Shown here piece by piece: positions 28,604 through 42,033 of a stretch of DNA of 64,000 nucleotides. The position numbers were made by a program, and so were the translations under genes. The notes under the pieces are model-generated. The model had not been told where the DNA came from, made no database searches, and saw nothing but the letters and a program-made list of their open reading frames with translations. This DNA is from the human T2T-CHM13v2.0 reference genome, Homo sapiens, in the NCBI RefSeq assembly GCF_009914755.1, contig NC_060929.1. The stretch is one strand, 5' to 3'. Each line of letters starts with the position of its first letter. Position 1 is the first letter of the stretch.

Positions 28604-29311
28604 TATTGCTGGATATTATACTTTTGTCAGACATGTAGTTTGCAAAATTTTTCTGCCATTCTGTAGGTTGTGTGTTTACTTTGTTGATAGTTTCTTTTGC
28701 TGTGCAGAAGCTCTTCAGTTTAGTTAGATCCCATTTGTCAATTTTTGCTTTTGTTGCAATTGCTTTTGGTGTCTTCATCATGAAATCTTTACCTGCGCCT
28801 GTGTCCTGAATGGTATTCCGTAGGTTGCCTTCCAGAGTTTTTATAGTTCTGGGTTTTACATTTAAGTCTTTAATTCATCTTGGGTTAATTTTTGTATATG
28901 GCATAAGGAAGGGGCCCAGTTTTAATATTCTGCATATGGCTAGCCAGTTATCCCAGCACCATTTATTGGATAGGGAATCCTTTCCCCATTGCTTGTTTTT
29001 GTCAGGTTTGTCAAAGATCAAGTAGTTGTACATGTGCGGCCTTATTTCTGGGTTCTGTATTCTGTTCCATTGGTCTATGTGTCTGTTTTTGTACCAGTAC
29101 TATGCTGTTTTGGTTATTATAGCCCTGTAGCACAGTTTGAAGTCAAATAGCATAATGCCTCCTGCTTTGTTCTTTTTGTTTAGTATTGCCTTGGCTGTTC
29201 AGGTTCTTTTGTGGTTCTACATGAATTTTAAAAAAGTTTTTTCTAGTTCTGTGACAAATCTCTATGGTAGTTTAATAGGAATGGCATTGAATCTATAAAT
29301 TGCTTTGCCAG

Positions 29312-29929
29312 TGTATTAGTCCATTTTCACACAGCTATAAAGATACTACCTGAGATGGGGCAATTTATAAAGGAAAGATGTTTAATTGACTCACAGTTCT
29401 GCATGGCTGGGGAGACCTCAGAAAACTTACAATCATGGCAGAAGGTGAAGAGGAAGTAAGGCACATCTTACCTGACAGCAGAAGAAAGAGAGATCGAGGA
29501 AGTGCTACACTTTTAAAACCATCTGCTCTCCTGAGAACTCACTATCAGGAGAACAGCATGGGGGAAACCACCCCCATGATCCAATTACCTCCCTCTAGGT
29601 CCCTCCCTCAACATGTGGGGATTACGACTTTAGATGATATTTGGGTGGGGACACAGAGCCAAACCTCAGGAAACTTACACATGGTGGAAGGTGAAGGAGA
29701 AGCAAGCACCTTCTTCACAAAGTGGCAGGAGAGAGAGACAGAGAAAGTGAAGGGGAAACTGCCAAACACTTTAAAAACCATCAGCTCTCATGAGAACGCA
29801 CTATCATGAAAACAGCATGGGGAAGCCATCCCTATGATCCAATCACCTCTGACCAGGACCCTCCCTCGACATGTGGAGATTACAATTTGAGATGAGATTT
29901 GGCTGGGGACACAGAGCCAAACAATATCA
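29312..29929 (-). mobile_element. MST MaLR LTR with an internal ~250-bp tandem repeat
   Basis: TGTATTAGTCC...CAAACAATATCA termini; degenerate 5-bp TSD GCCAG/GGGAG. Confidence 0.85.
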
Positions 29930-30604
29930 GGGAGTATGGCCATTTTAATGATATTGATTTTTCCTATTCATGAGTATAAAATGCTTTTCCATTTGTTTGT
30001 GTCATCTTTGATTTCTTTCAGCAGTGGTTTGTAGTTCTCCTTGCAGAAATTTATTACTTTCCTAGTTAGCTATATTCCTAAGAATTTTATTCCTTTTGTG
30101 GCAATTGTGAATGGGAGTTTGTTCCTGATTTGGCTCTTGACTGACTATTGTTGGTATTAGGAATACTAGTGATTTTTGCACACTAATTTTGTATCTTGAG
30201 AATTTTCTGAAGTTGTTTACCAGCTTAAGAAGTTTTTGGACTGAGACTATGGGGTTTTCTAGATATAGGATTAGGTGTGCAAGCAGGAATAGTTTGACTT
30301 CCTGTCTTCCTATTTGAATACCCTTTATTTCTTTCTCTTGCCTGATTGCTCTGGCTGGGACTTACAATACTATTTTAAATGGGAGTGGTGAAAGAGGACA
30401 TCTTTGCCTTGTGCCAGTTTTCAAGGGAATGCTTCCAGCTTTTGCCCATTCAGTATGATGTTGGCTGTGGGTTTGTCATAGATGGATCTTACTATTTGAG
30501 GGATGTTCCTTCAATACCTAGTTTATTAAACAGTTTTTAACATCAAGGGATGATGAATTTTACAAAAGCCTTTTCTGCATTGATTGAGATAACCATGTGT
30601 TTTT

Positions 30605-30910
30605 TTTTGTTTTGTTTTGTTTTGTTTTTTGAGACAGAGTCTCACTCTGTCACCCAGGCTGGAGTGCAGTGGCATGATCTCGGCTCACTGCAAGCTCCGT
30701 CTCCTGGGGTTCACGCCATTCTCCTGCCTCAGCCTCCCGAGTAGCTGGTACTACAGGCACCTGCCACCACGCCCGGCTAATTTTTGTATTTTTAGTAGAG
30801 ATGGGGTTTCACTGTGCTAGCCAGGATGGTGTCGATCTCCTGACCTCGTGATCCGCCCGCCTCGGCCTCCCAAAGTGCTGGGATTACAGGTGTGAGCCAC
30901 GGTGCCCAGC
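30605..30910 (-). mobile_element. AluY
   Basis: TGCAAGCTCC and TTCACGCCATTC diagnostics; TSD TAA(C/T)CATGTG(T/G)TTTTT. Confidence 0.92.
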
Positions 30911-31767
30911 TAATCATGTGGTTTTTGTCTGTATTTCTTGTTTATGTGATGAATCACATTTATTAACTTGTGTATGTTGAACCAACCTTGTGTCCCAGGA
31001 ATAATGTCTACTTGATTGTGGTGGATAAGCTTTTTGATGTGCTGCTGGATTTGATTTGCCATATTTTGTTGAGGATTTTTGCATCAATGTTCATCAAGAA
31101 TATTGACATAAAGTTTTCTTTTTTTGTTCTATCTCTGCCAGATTTTGGTATCAGGATGATGCTGGCCTCATAGAATGAGTTAGGGAGGAGTTACTCCTCC
31201 TGAATTTTTTGGAATGGTTTCAGTAGGAATGCTACCAGCAATTCTTTGTCATATGGTATAATTCATCTATAAATCTGTCTTGTCCTGGGCTTTGTTTGGT
31301 TGATAGGCTATTCATTATTGATTCCATTTCAGAGCTCATTATTGGACTGTTTAAGGATGTAATTTCTTGTTGTTTTAGTGTGGAAGGGTGTATGTGCCCA
31401 GAAATTTATCCATTGCTTCTAGATTTTCTAGTTTAGCTATATAGAGTCATTAATAATATCCTCTGAGGGTTATCTGTATTTTTGTGTGGTCAGTGGTAAT
31501 ATCCCCCTTGATGGTTCTGGTTGTCTTATTTTGTATCTTCTCTCTTTTCTTCTTTATTAGTCTAGCTAGCAGTCTGTCTGTTTTATTAATTAAGAAAAAC
31601 AGCTCCTGGATGTGTTGATCTTTTATTATTTTGTGTGTCTCAATCTCTTTCAGTTTAGCTCTGATTCAGATTACTTCTTGTCTTCTGCTAGCTTTGGGAT
31701 TTGTTAGCTTTTGGTTCTCTAACTCTTTTAGTTGTGATGTTAGGTTGTTAACTTGAGATGTTTCTAA

Positions 31768-32074
<307 letters not shown>

Positions 32075-33400
32075 TCTAACCTTTTGATGGGGCATTTAAT
32101 GCTAGAAATTTCCCTCTTATCACTGTGTTGGCTGTATCCCTGAGATCCTGATATGTTGTATTTTTGTTCTCATTAGTTTCAAAGAACTTCTTGATTTCTG
32201 CCTTAATTTCATTATGTACCCAAAAGTCATTCAGGAGCATGTCCTCATAATTGTATGGTTTTGAGTATTTTCTTAGTCTTAATTTGATCTGAGAGAGTGG
32301 TTGTTATGATTTCAGGTCTTTTGCACTTGCTTAGGAGTGTTTCATGTGTGATCATTTGGCCATTATTAGAGGATATGCCATGTGGCAATATATATTCTAT
32401 TGTTTTTGGATAAAGAGTTCTATAGCTGTCTATCAGGTCCCTTTGATCCACTGCTGAGTTAGGTCCTGAATATCTTTGTTAATTTTCTGCCTCAGTGGTC
32501 TAATACTGTCATTGGGGTTGAAGGCTCCCACTATTACTGTGTTGGAGTCTAAGACTCTTTGAAGGTCTCTAAAAACTTGCTTTATGAGTCTGAGTGCTCC
32601 TGTGTTGGGTGCATATATATGTAGGAGAGTTAGGTCTTCTTGAACTGAACCCTTTACTATTATGTAAAGTCTTTTTTTGTCTCTTTCAATCAAAGTTAAA
32701 GTCTGTTTTTTCTAAAATTAGGATTGCAACCCATGCTTTTTTCTATTTTTGATTTGCTTGGTAGATTTTTCTCCATCACTTTATTTTGATCCTATAGGTG
32801 TCTGCATTTGAGATGTGTCTCTTGAAGACAACATACCAATGGGTCTCAGTTCTTTATCCATCTTGCCACTCTGTGCCTTTTAATAGGGCGTATATCCCAT
32901 TTACATGCAAGGTTAATATTGATATGTGTGATTTGATTCTGCCATCATGATGTTGGCTGGTTATTACGCAGATTTGTTTGTGTGGTTGCTTTATAGTGTC
33001 AGTGATTTATGTGTTTAAGTGTGTTTTTATAGTGGCCAGTAGTGGTCATTTCTTTCTAAATTTAGTGCTTCCTTCAGGAGCTTGTGTAAGACAGGTCTGG
33101 TGGTAGCAAATTCTCTCAGCATTTGCTTGTCTGAAAAGGGTCATATTCCCCCTTTGCTTATGAAGCATAGTTTGGCCAGATATAAAATTCTGGGTTGGAA
33201 TTTCTTTTCTGTAAGAATGTTGAATATTGGCCCCCAATCTCCTCTGATTTGTAGGATTTCAGCTTAAAGGTCCACTGCCAGTCTGATAGGCTTCCCTTTG
33301 TAGGTGATCTCACCTTTCTTTCTAGCTGCCTTTAACATTTTTCTTTCATTTCAACTTTGGAGAATCTGATGATTATGTGTCTTGGGGATGATCTAGTGAA

Positions 33401-34670
33401 ATGGATTGGTGCAAAAGTAATTGTGGTTTTTGCACTGTTGAGATTTGTCATTTGATATTGGAATATATTTTTAAATAAATGTGTTTATGTTATACATCAT
33501 TTTAATGCACATTTCTCACTTTATTTTTTTGTTAATGACTTATTGCTTGCTGTTCATTTAATATTTATTTTAGACTATCAAGATGATGTTAGACAAAAAG
33601 TAAATTTGAGTGATTTTCCCATTCAAGTTCAAAATAAGTCATAAAGCAGCAGTGTCAACTCACAACATCAACAATGCATTTGGCTCAGAAACTGCTAATG
33701 AACATACAGTGCAGTGGTGGTTTAAGAAGTTTTGCAAAAGAGATGAGAGCCTTGAAGATGAAGAGCATGATGGCCAGCCATCAGAAGTTGACAATGACCA
33801 ATTGAGAGCAATCATTAATACTCTTACAGCTAAATGAGGAGTTGCCAAGGAACTGAATGTTCAGCATTCTACAGTTGTTCAGCATGAGAAGAAAATTGGA
33901 AAGGTGAAAAAGCTCAATCAGTGGGTGCTTCATGAGCTGAGTAAAAATAAAAAATTCATCTTTTGAAGTGTTGTCTTCTCTTATTCTATGAATGATAATA
34001 AACCATTTCTCTGTTGGATTGTGACATGAGATGAAAAGTGGATTTTATACAACAACTGGTGACAACCAGCTCAGTGGTTGGACTGAGAAGAAGGTCCAAA
34101 GCACTTCAAAAAGCCAAACTTGCACCCATAAAAAGACTTGGTCACTGGTTGGTAGTCTGTTGCCTGTCTGACCCACTACAGCTTTCTGAATCCTGGCACA
34201 ACCACTGTATCTGAGAAGTATGCTCAGCAAATCGATGAGATGCACTGAAAACTGCAATGCCTGCAGCCAGCATTGGTCAACAAAAAGGGCCCAATTCTTC
34301 TCCATGACATTGCCTGACTTCACGTTTGCAACTAACGCTTTAAAATTGAACAAATCGGGCTACAAAGTTTTGCCTCATGTGCCATATTCACCTGATCTCT
34401 CGCCAAACGATTACCACTTCTTCAAGCATCACAACAACTTTTTGTAGGGAAAATGCTTCTACAATCAACAGGGTGTAGAAAATTCTTTCCAAGATTTCAT
34501 CAAATCCCAAAGCACGGATATTTATGCTACAGGAATAAACTTATTTCTTGACGGCAAAAATGTGTTGATTATAATGGTTCCTATTTTGATTAATAAAGAT
34601 GTGTTTGAGCCTAGTTATAATGACTTACAATTCATGATCCAAAACTACAATTACTTTTGTTCCAACCTAA
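33401..34670 (+). mobile_element. Near full-length Hsmar1 mariner transposon
   Basis: TIRs (ATGGATTGGTGCAAAAGTAATTGTGGTTTT ... AAAACTACAATTACTTTTGTTCCAACCTAA|TA), about 1.27 kb. Confidence 0.95.
33577..34593 (+). pseudogene. Decayed Hsmar1 transposase
   Basis: Fragments TANEHTVQWWFKKF...GQPSEVDNDQLRAII and VLPHVPYSPDLSPNDYHFFKH (mariner YSPDL motif); start codon lost; multiple stops and frameshifts. Confidence 0.92.
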
Positions 34671-36080
34671 TATCTTACTAAGGTTCTCTGCATTTCCTGA
34701 ATTTGAGTGTAGGCCTCTCTAGCTAGGTTGCGGAAGTTCTCATGGATGAAATATGTTTTCCAAGTTCTTACACTCTCCCCATAGTTTTCAGGGATATCAA
34801 TAAGTTGTAGATTTGGTCTCTTTACATAATCCCATGTTTCTCAGAGATTCTGTTTATTCCTTTTTATTCTTTTTTCTCTATTCTTGTCTTCGGGTCTTTA
34901 TTTCAGAAAGCCAGTCTTCAAGCTCTGAGATTCTTTCCTCAGCTTGGTTTATTCTGCTATTAATACTTGTAATTACATTACAATATTCTTGTAGTCTGTT
35001 TTTCAGCGCTTCTGTGTTGATTTTCTTCTATACTGGCTATTTTGTCTGTCACCTTCTGTATCATTTTATTGTGATTTTTAGCTTCCTTGGATTAAGTTTT
35101 GATGTTCTCTTGCATCTCAGTGATATTTATTCCTATCAATATTTTGAATTCTATTTCTGTCATTTCAGTTATCTCAGCCCAGTTCAGAACCCTTGCTGGA
35201 GAGGTAGTACAGTCTTTTGGAGGAAAGAAGGCACTCTGGCTTTTTGAGTTGTTAGAGTTTTTGCACTGGTTCTTTCTCACCTTTATGGGCTGATGTTTCT
35301 TAAGTCTTTGAAATTGCTGACTTTTGAATGTGTTTTTATTACTTTATTTGATGACCTTGAGAGTTTGATTGTGGTATACAGTGGGTTCAGTTGATTGGCT
35401 TCATTTCTGGAAGATTTTAGGGGGACCAGTGCTCAGCTCCCAACTCTTGGACTGAATTCTGTAACTCTGGGGAACTTGTATCAGGCTCTGACTTTGTTAT
35501 CTGACTCCTCAAGTTTAGGGATCCACTGCACTGTGTGGGGCTGAGGTGCTTCCAGATTACTGGTCACTACACTCTGATGGGTGGTGCCAGCCAAAGCTTT
35601 TGTAGTGCTGTATCAATGAGATCTATTCTTGTTCGCATGTGCCAGTAGCAGCAGCAGCAACAGCTTAGCAGGGTGCACGCTCATCAGCTGCTGCAGGGTG
35701 CTAACAGTTGCCAGGCTACCTGCCTACATGTAGGCATTCACAGCAGTGGCAGTGACAGCATGACTCAGGGGGGTGGGGATGCCTGCTGCATCTGTGCACG
35801 TGATCATGTTGGTGGTGGTGTCAGCATGGGTGAGGGACACGGAAAGACACAGGTCTGTGTGCACTCTCTGTGCCCCCTCAGGCAGGGGTGATTGCTCAGG
35901 GCAAGGGAGGGTCCATTCTTCTCGGTGCCTAGTTTCACTCATGTAGCTGTGTTTGCACTGAGGTAGAGTTCTGGCTGGGTCTGTGACCCCAAAGGCTCTG
36001 ACTGCAATGGTCTTATGTTAGGTCAACAGGGATGGCATGCATTCCCACCACAGCACTGGCAAGGCAGGGCGCATGCAAGC

Positions 36081-37030
36081 AGATATATGTTTTGCAAATA
36101 TTTTCTCCCAATTCATATGCTACCATTTTATTTTGTTGATTGTTTCTTTTGCTGTACAGAAGCTTTTTAGTTTGACACAGTCCTACTTACCTATTTTTCT
36201 TTTGTTCTCTGAACTTTTTGTGTCATGTCCAAAAAGTCATTGCAAAGTCCAGTGTCAAGAAGCATTTCCCTTATGTTTTTTTCTAGGAGTTTCAGATCTT
36301 ACATTTATGTCTTTAATGGATTTTTAATGAATTTTTATATATGGTGTAACATAAGGGTCCAATTTCATTCTTTTGCATGGAGATACCAGTTTTACCAACA
36401 CCATTTACTGAAAAGACTATCATTTCTTCATTTGGTTTTCTTGGGGCCCTTATCAAAAAGTAGTCAGCTGTATATTTGCTTAGATTTATTTCTAGGTTCT
36501 CCATTTTGTTCCCTTAGTCTATGTGTCTATTTTATGCCAGTATCATACTGTTTTGATTACTATAACATTCTAACATAATTTGAAATCAGGAAGTGTGATG
36601 CTCCTAACTTTATTCTTTTCTCAAGATTGCTTTGACTATTTGAGGTCTTTTGTGGTTCCATATTAATTATAGGATTCTTTCTATTTTTATGAAAAATGCA
36701 CCTAATCTGTTCATTATTTTAGGTGGTATGGATATTTTAACAATATTAATTATTCTAATTTATGAACACAAAATATCTTCCCATATATTTGTGTCTTCTT
36801 TAATTTCTTTTTATCAGTGTTTTATAGTTATCAGTATATAGGCTTTTTAGCTCCTTGGTTAAACGTATTTCTAAGTATTTTTTTATTTATTGTAAATGGG
36901 ATTGTTTACTTGATTTCTTTTTAGATAGGTCATTATTGGTGAAAAGAAATGCAATTGATTTTTGTGTGTTGGTTTTGTATCCTGCAACTTTATTGAATTT
37001 ATTTATCAGTTCTAGTAGTTTTTTTGGAGG
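36081..37030 (-). mobile_element. L1MA-like ORF2 fragment lacking its 3' end
   Basis: Starts abruptly at AGATATATGTTTTGCAAATATTTTCTCCCA; internal deletion at about 36700. Confidence 0.75.
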
Positions 37031-37039
37031 ATGAGGGGA

Positions 37040-37770
37040 GGGTTATTTTTGACTGGATGCCAAACATTGTAAATTTTATTTTTTGGATGCTGAATATTTA
37101 TATATTCTTAAAAATATTTTTGTATTTTATTCTGGGAAATAGTTTGATTCTTTTGAGTACTAATTTTAAAATTCTTTAGGTAGGTCCAGAACAGGGCTTA
37201 GTCTGAGGTTGATTGTTCCGTACTGTGAGTCAAGACCTTCCTCATTAGTCTATTCAATGCCCTGTGAATTATTAGTTTACTTTGATTCTTTCAGATGGTT
37301 TCCTCCCTGGCTTTGGGTAGTTTTTTGTTTGTTTGTTTTTTGTTTTGTTTTATTTTGTTTTTGCATATATACATTGGTCAGTACTTTGCTGAATACTTGT
37401 AGGGGACCATTCACAGATCTCTGATGTTCTTTCTGTATGTAGTTCTCTTCTCTCTGGCATTCTATCAATGCTCTATAGCTGCCTTGATCACCCTAGATTC
37501 TCACCTCCATTTCTTCAATTCTGGGAGTCCTCTGAGTTAGGCTTTGTCTTCTTTTTCTATTCCTCCCCCTGAAATTCTTTTAAGGCTGTAGGTTGGGGCA
37601 CTGAAGGGCTCACCGTTTTTTTTTTTTTTTCAATGTCTCTCAGATATCGCTATCCTTTGTTGTTTTATGTCCAGTGTCTTGGATATCATTCTTTCATCTA
37701 TTTTTTATGGAATTATTGTTTGTTTCAAGTGGGAAGGGAAATTTGGTTCCTGCTACTTCATCTTGGTTGG
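37040..37770 (-). mobile_element. Old L1M 5'/ORF1-proximal region
   Basis: TTTTTGACTGGATGCCAAACATTGTAAATTTT ... GGGGCACTGAAGGGCTCACC resembles L1M 5' ends. Confidence 0.5.
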
Positions 37771-40700
37771 ATTTATATTTTTTGTTACCTATTTGTACAA
37801 ATAAATTTTCTTGTTGATGGTGACTCTCAAGATTTTGAATACATCATTATTGAAAAATCTTGACCAAGGATTGTATCTAGCCATTTAAAGCATTAAACTT
37901 AATATTGAAAAACTGTATTCATGAAAACAAGCTAATGATTTTCATTAAATATTTTAAAATATTTTATTTGGACATATTATTCACATTAATAATTATTAGC
38001 TTCTCTAGTACTTTGCATTTTGTGCTTATAATTACACAAGAAAATGTAATGAATTTTAAAATCAATTCCAATTTAGATTCCCTTAAATCCCTCTAGTTTT
38101 CCACAGAGTGCTATACAAATATTATACTTTTTTATTTGTACCATTACATGAAAAATGTTTGGAAGTGTTGACTTTAAAAATCTGATTCCAGCAGCAAGCT
38201 GTCTCTCTTGAAAAATGTCTACAGAAATCCAATTTTATATATAATTTGGGGGCACCTTTAGGACTTCCTGAAAAACGATTCATGGGCTTCTTCATTCAAG
38301 CCTTTCTGTTCTAGTGAAAGGAGGGACTGCAGGCCAGCCTTCACTAATATTGTCTCTCTCAGCTGAGCATTTGAAAAATATTTATTAGGACTGAATTCAA
38401 CTTTAAGAGTAAAAATGCATCTTTAGCAAGGGCTGGGTTCTACTGTCAATACTTACAGCTCAAGTCATGTACAGTTAAATTTACTTTTGAAAATCTCTTG
38501 ATTCTCCTGTAAAGTGAAATATCCATGTTTGTGTATACAATCCTATTTTGTGATTCATAAAGATGCTGAACTTTGAGAACCCCTGAGTTTGAAGGAAAAA
38601 AGGGAATTTCTATATATAGATGTTTGGGTTACTATTACTGCCTAAGCTTTTCAGTCTCTAGGTTAAATAGGATAAATAAAGTTGGAAATGTCTAATGTGC
38701 ACCTGAAGGTACAGGGTTTAGTTGGAATCATTTTAAGTGTAAACATCTATAACCTAAATACATGTAAACAGATTACTTTGTTATCATGAGGATTGAAGTA
38801 TTGGAATCTTATTTTATGAATATTGGTGGAAGGTGAAAGTGGTTTGTATTCTAAAGTTAGGGTCGGGTTTTTTTTTTTTTTTTTTTTTTGGTATAGAGAG
38901 AATTAATTATCCTTAGTAAGCTTAGCAATTTGAGAGCTCCCAATGTCGACTGAAATATCATTGCAAATATCTATAATATTTGATTCACCCCTAAGCATGA
39001 AATAAAGCATGACCTCGTAAATTTTGAAAGTCTTTAAAGTTCAATGTTTTTTATATTTTAGGACATAATAAAGTTCAAATGCCTTAAGAGTTAGGTATGT
39101 ATATGTCTATGTAACTTAAAAGATAAAATGTAAAATCTAACCACATAATTAATATGAGTAAAAGCCACAAACTTTTCTGAGCAGAGGATTCCATAATATG
39201 CCCTAAGATACTACTACCTCCTTCTAAAGTTTTGAAATCCCCTTTTACGGGGAATACAATAACGACTTCAGTTCAGTAGTCAGAGGAATAAGAAGACTCT
39301 CTCTAATTGTGAGAAAAAGAAGAATTGAATAGCCATAGTTTACTGGGGTCTTCTTTCATAAGAATGCATCTTATAACAGTGGGTTAATTTAGAAATATGC
39401 ACAAATGATAAAAAAATGTACACGCCTCAAAAGATTTCTTGTTTAGGGATACACATGTATATGCTAAAATATTATGCACAAGAAAATAGGCAATGGCAAG
39501 ACAAACTAAAAAATATTTGAGTACTGATGGTGCTTGGTTATTTCTGGCCCGAAGCAAAGTGATAGGCTGGGGATGGAACCCATAGATAGAGTCAGTGTAG
39601 GTCTCACTATGTTCTACTTTTTGACTTGGGTGATGGGTTTACAGATACTCATTTTTATTACTATGCTTTACAAGTAATATATTCATTACATCCATTCTTT
39701 GAAATAGTAAATATTAGATTTAAAATAATAATTAAGGATGTTATAAACTTGAGGAAAAAATTATACTATTAATATTTTTGTGTTAAAATATTATATTATT
39801 GATATTTTAAGTAGTTATAAACATGTAAGAGAATATGTCAGAAGCTTGGCAGCCCCTTACTGCTAATGGAAAATGTGTAACTGAGTAATTGATTCAGTAT
39901 TCTGATGTTCAGAAAGTTTACCAAGTGAATAAACAGTGTTGAGATATTAATATTATTAGATTCAACATATTTATAAACTTAATTCATTATATTTATGAGT
40001 TACTTAATTTGATATTTGTGTTTATTAAGTCAGAGAAAAGAACTTTAAGAAGGAAGTAAAAGTCATAAACTCAAGAAATGTATTTAACATGTTTGAAGAT
40101 GTGTGGCTAAGACTTAATACAACCAAATATTATTCAAAGTACTTAAATAACTGCTGAAATCTGTTAGATTTATAAGTAGATGGTATCATTGGTAATCTAA
40201 ATTTCTAAGCTTGAGGAAGAATCAGGATTTTTAAAACTTTTTTATTTTAATAAATTTAACAGTAATGTTTAAACTAAAACTAAACTTCCAATCAATGTTT
40301 TCTGGGAATAAAATAACATATTCATAACACGTATTCAAAATATATTTAGATAACTTTCCCAGATAAGTGCAGAATCTTGGTCTTTAATAATCATTAAAGC
40401 TGGGGTAGGGTTGAAATCATCGTATGACAATGTAGTTACCTGAATAGAAGGACAGAGTAATTTCCTAATGAGAAAGCCACTTTCTGCTAGGAGATGAGTC
40501 AATCAATTCTAGCATGCTTAGTCAAACCTTCCTTAAAGTGAGTTTGGGTTCATTGTGATGCAAAGATATACTGTAATCATGGCCTCAAATTTTATAACAC
40601 AAAGGAAGAATGCAACCTCTTTGTCCTGGGGAAACAATTCAAATTAGCTCTTACAAAATAGCCACCTCCACTTTTAAACCATGAAAATAACATAGACTAT

Positions 40701-40829
40701 TAATGAAGACCAACTCAAAAGTCTACTATTCAAGTCAATGAATTAATGAATAAGTTGCTATCATAAAACTATTAGCCATTACAGTTAAAGGTGAGGTCTT
40801 TTCAAAAGGATGACACTGGTTTTAATATA

Positions 40830-40908
40830 CAGCCATGCACTGCATAATGTTTTGGCCAGTGACAGACTGCACAGATGATGGTGGTCCCATAAGATTATTA
40901 TACCATAT
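40830..40908 (+). mobile_element. Tigger3a, left part
   Basis: TA|CAGCCATGCACTGCATAATG...GGTGGTCCCATAAGATTATTATACCATAT. Confidence 0.8.
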
Positions 40909-41162
40909 AACTTTTTAATATAATATTGTATTTATTATTTTATTGCTACATTAGAAATGAAAATAAACTGTGAGAAGCTGCAAAAATGTGCAACCTCATG
41001 AAGATTATGGAGAACGGAGGTGCCCACTGTAGAAGGTTAAAATTGCCTTATCTTGTAGGGGGTACAAGGACTATATACACAAAGGGCATCAATGGTAAGA
41101 TTATTGACAGCATCTGCCATCTGGAATTTATGCATCAATGGTAAGTTTAAAAGTAAGCTTAA

Positions 41163-41457
<295 letters not shown>

Positions 41458-41608
41458 TTAAGGAAACATTGGCCACTTCTGACCTCTTAGCCAAGGTGTA
41501 CAGATGAGAAGACAATGGAAAATCTCTAACATTTCTACAAACGCACTGGTTTACAAAACCGAGACTCTCAAATGACGTTGAAATTTGCCCTTGGGAGGAG
41601 ATCCCATT

Positions 41609-41779
<171 letters not shown>

Positions 41780-41791
41780 CTAGATAGCAGC

Positions 41792-42033
41792 ACCATATTC
41801 TTACTGTGTTTTTTCTATGTTTAGGTAGACAAATAGTATTGTGTTCCAATTGCCTACTGTATTCAGTGCAGTAACATGCTGTACAGGTTGGTGGCCTAGG
41901 AACAATAACCTAGGTTAGTAGAGTATGCCACCTAGGTTTGCATAAGTGCAGTCTATGATTTTCACACAATGACGAAATCATCTAACAACACATTTCTCAG
42001 AATGTGTCCACATCATTAAGCAACATGAGACAG
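41792..42033 (+). mobile_element. Tigger3a, right part
   Basis: TTACTGTGTTTTTTCTATGTTTAG...GTATTCAGTGCAGTAACATGCTGTACAGG...CATCATTAAGCAACATGAGACAG|TA. Confidence 0.8.

Noticed and set aside
33610-34447. Possible SETMAR exon or active transposase
   Set aside because: Both TIRs are present, the copy sits inside an L1, and the frame has many stops and frameshifts: a dead Hsmar1 copy
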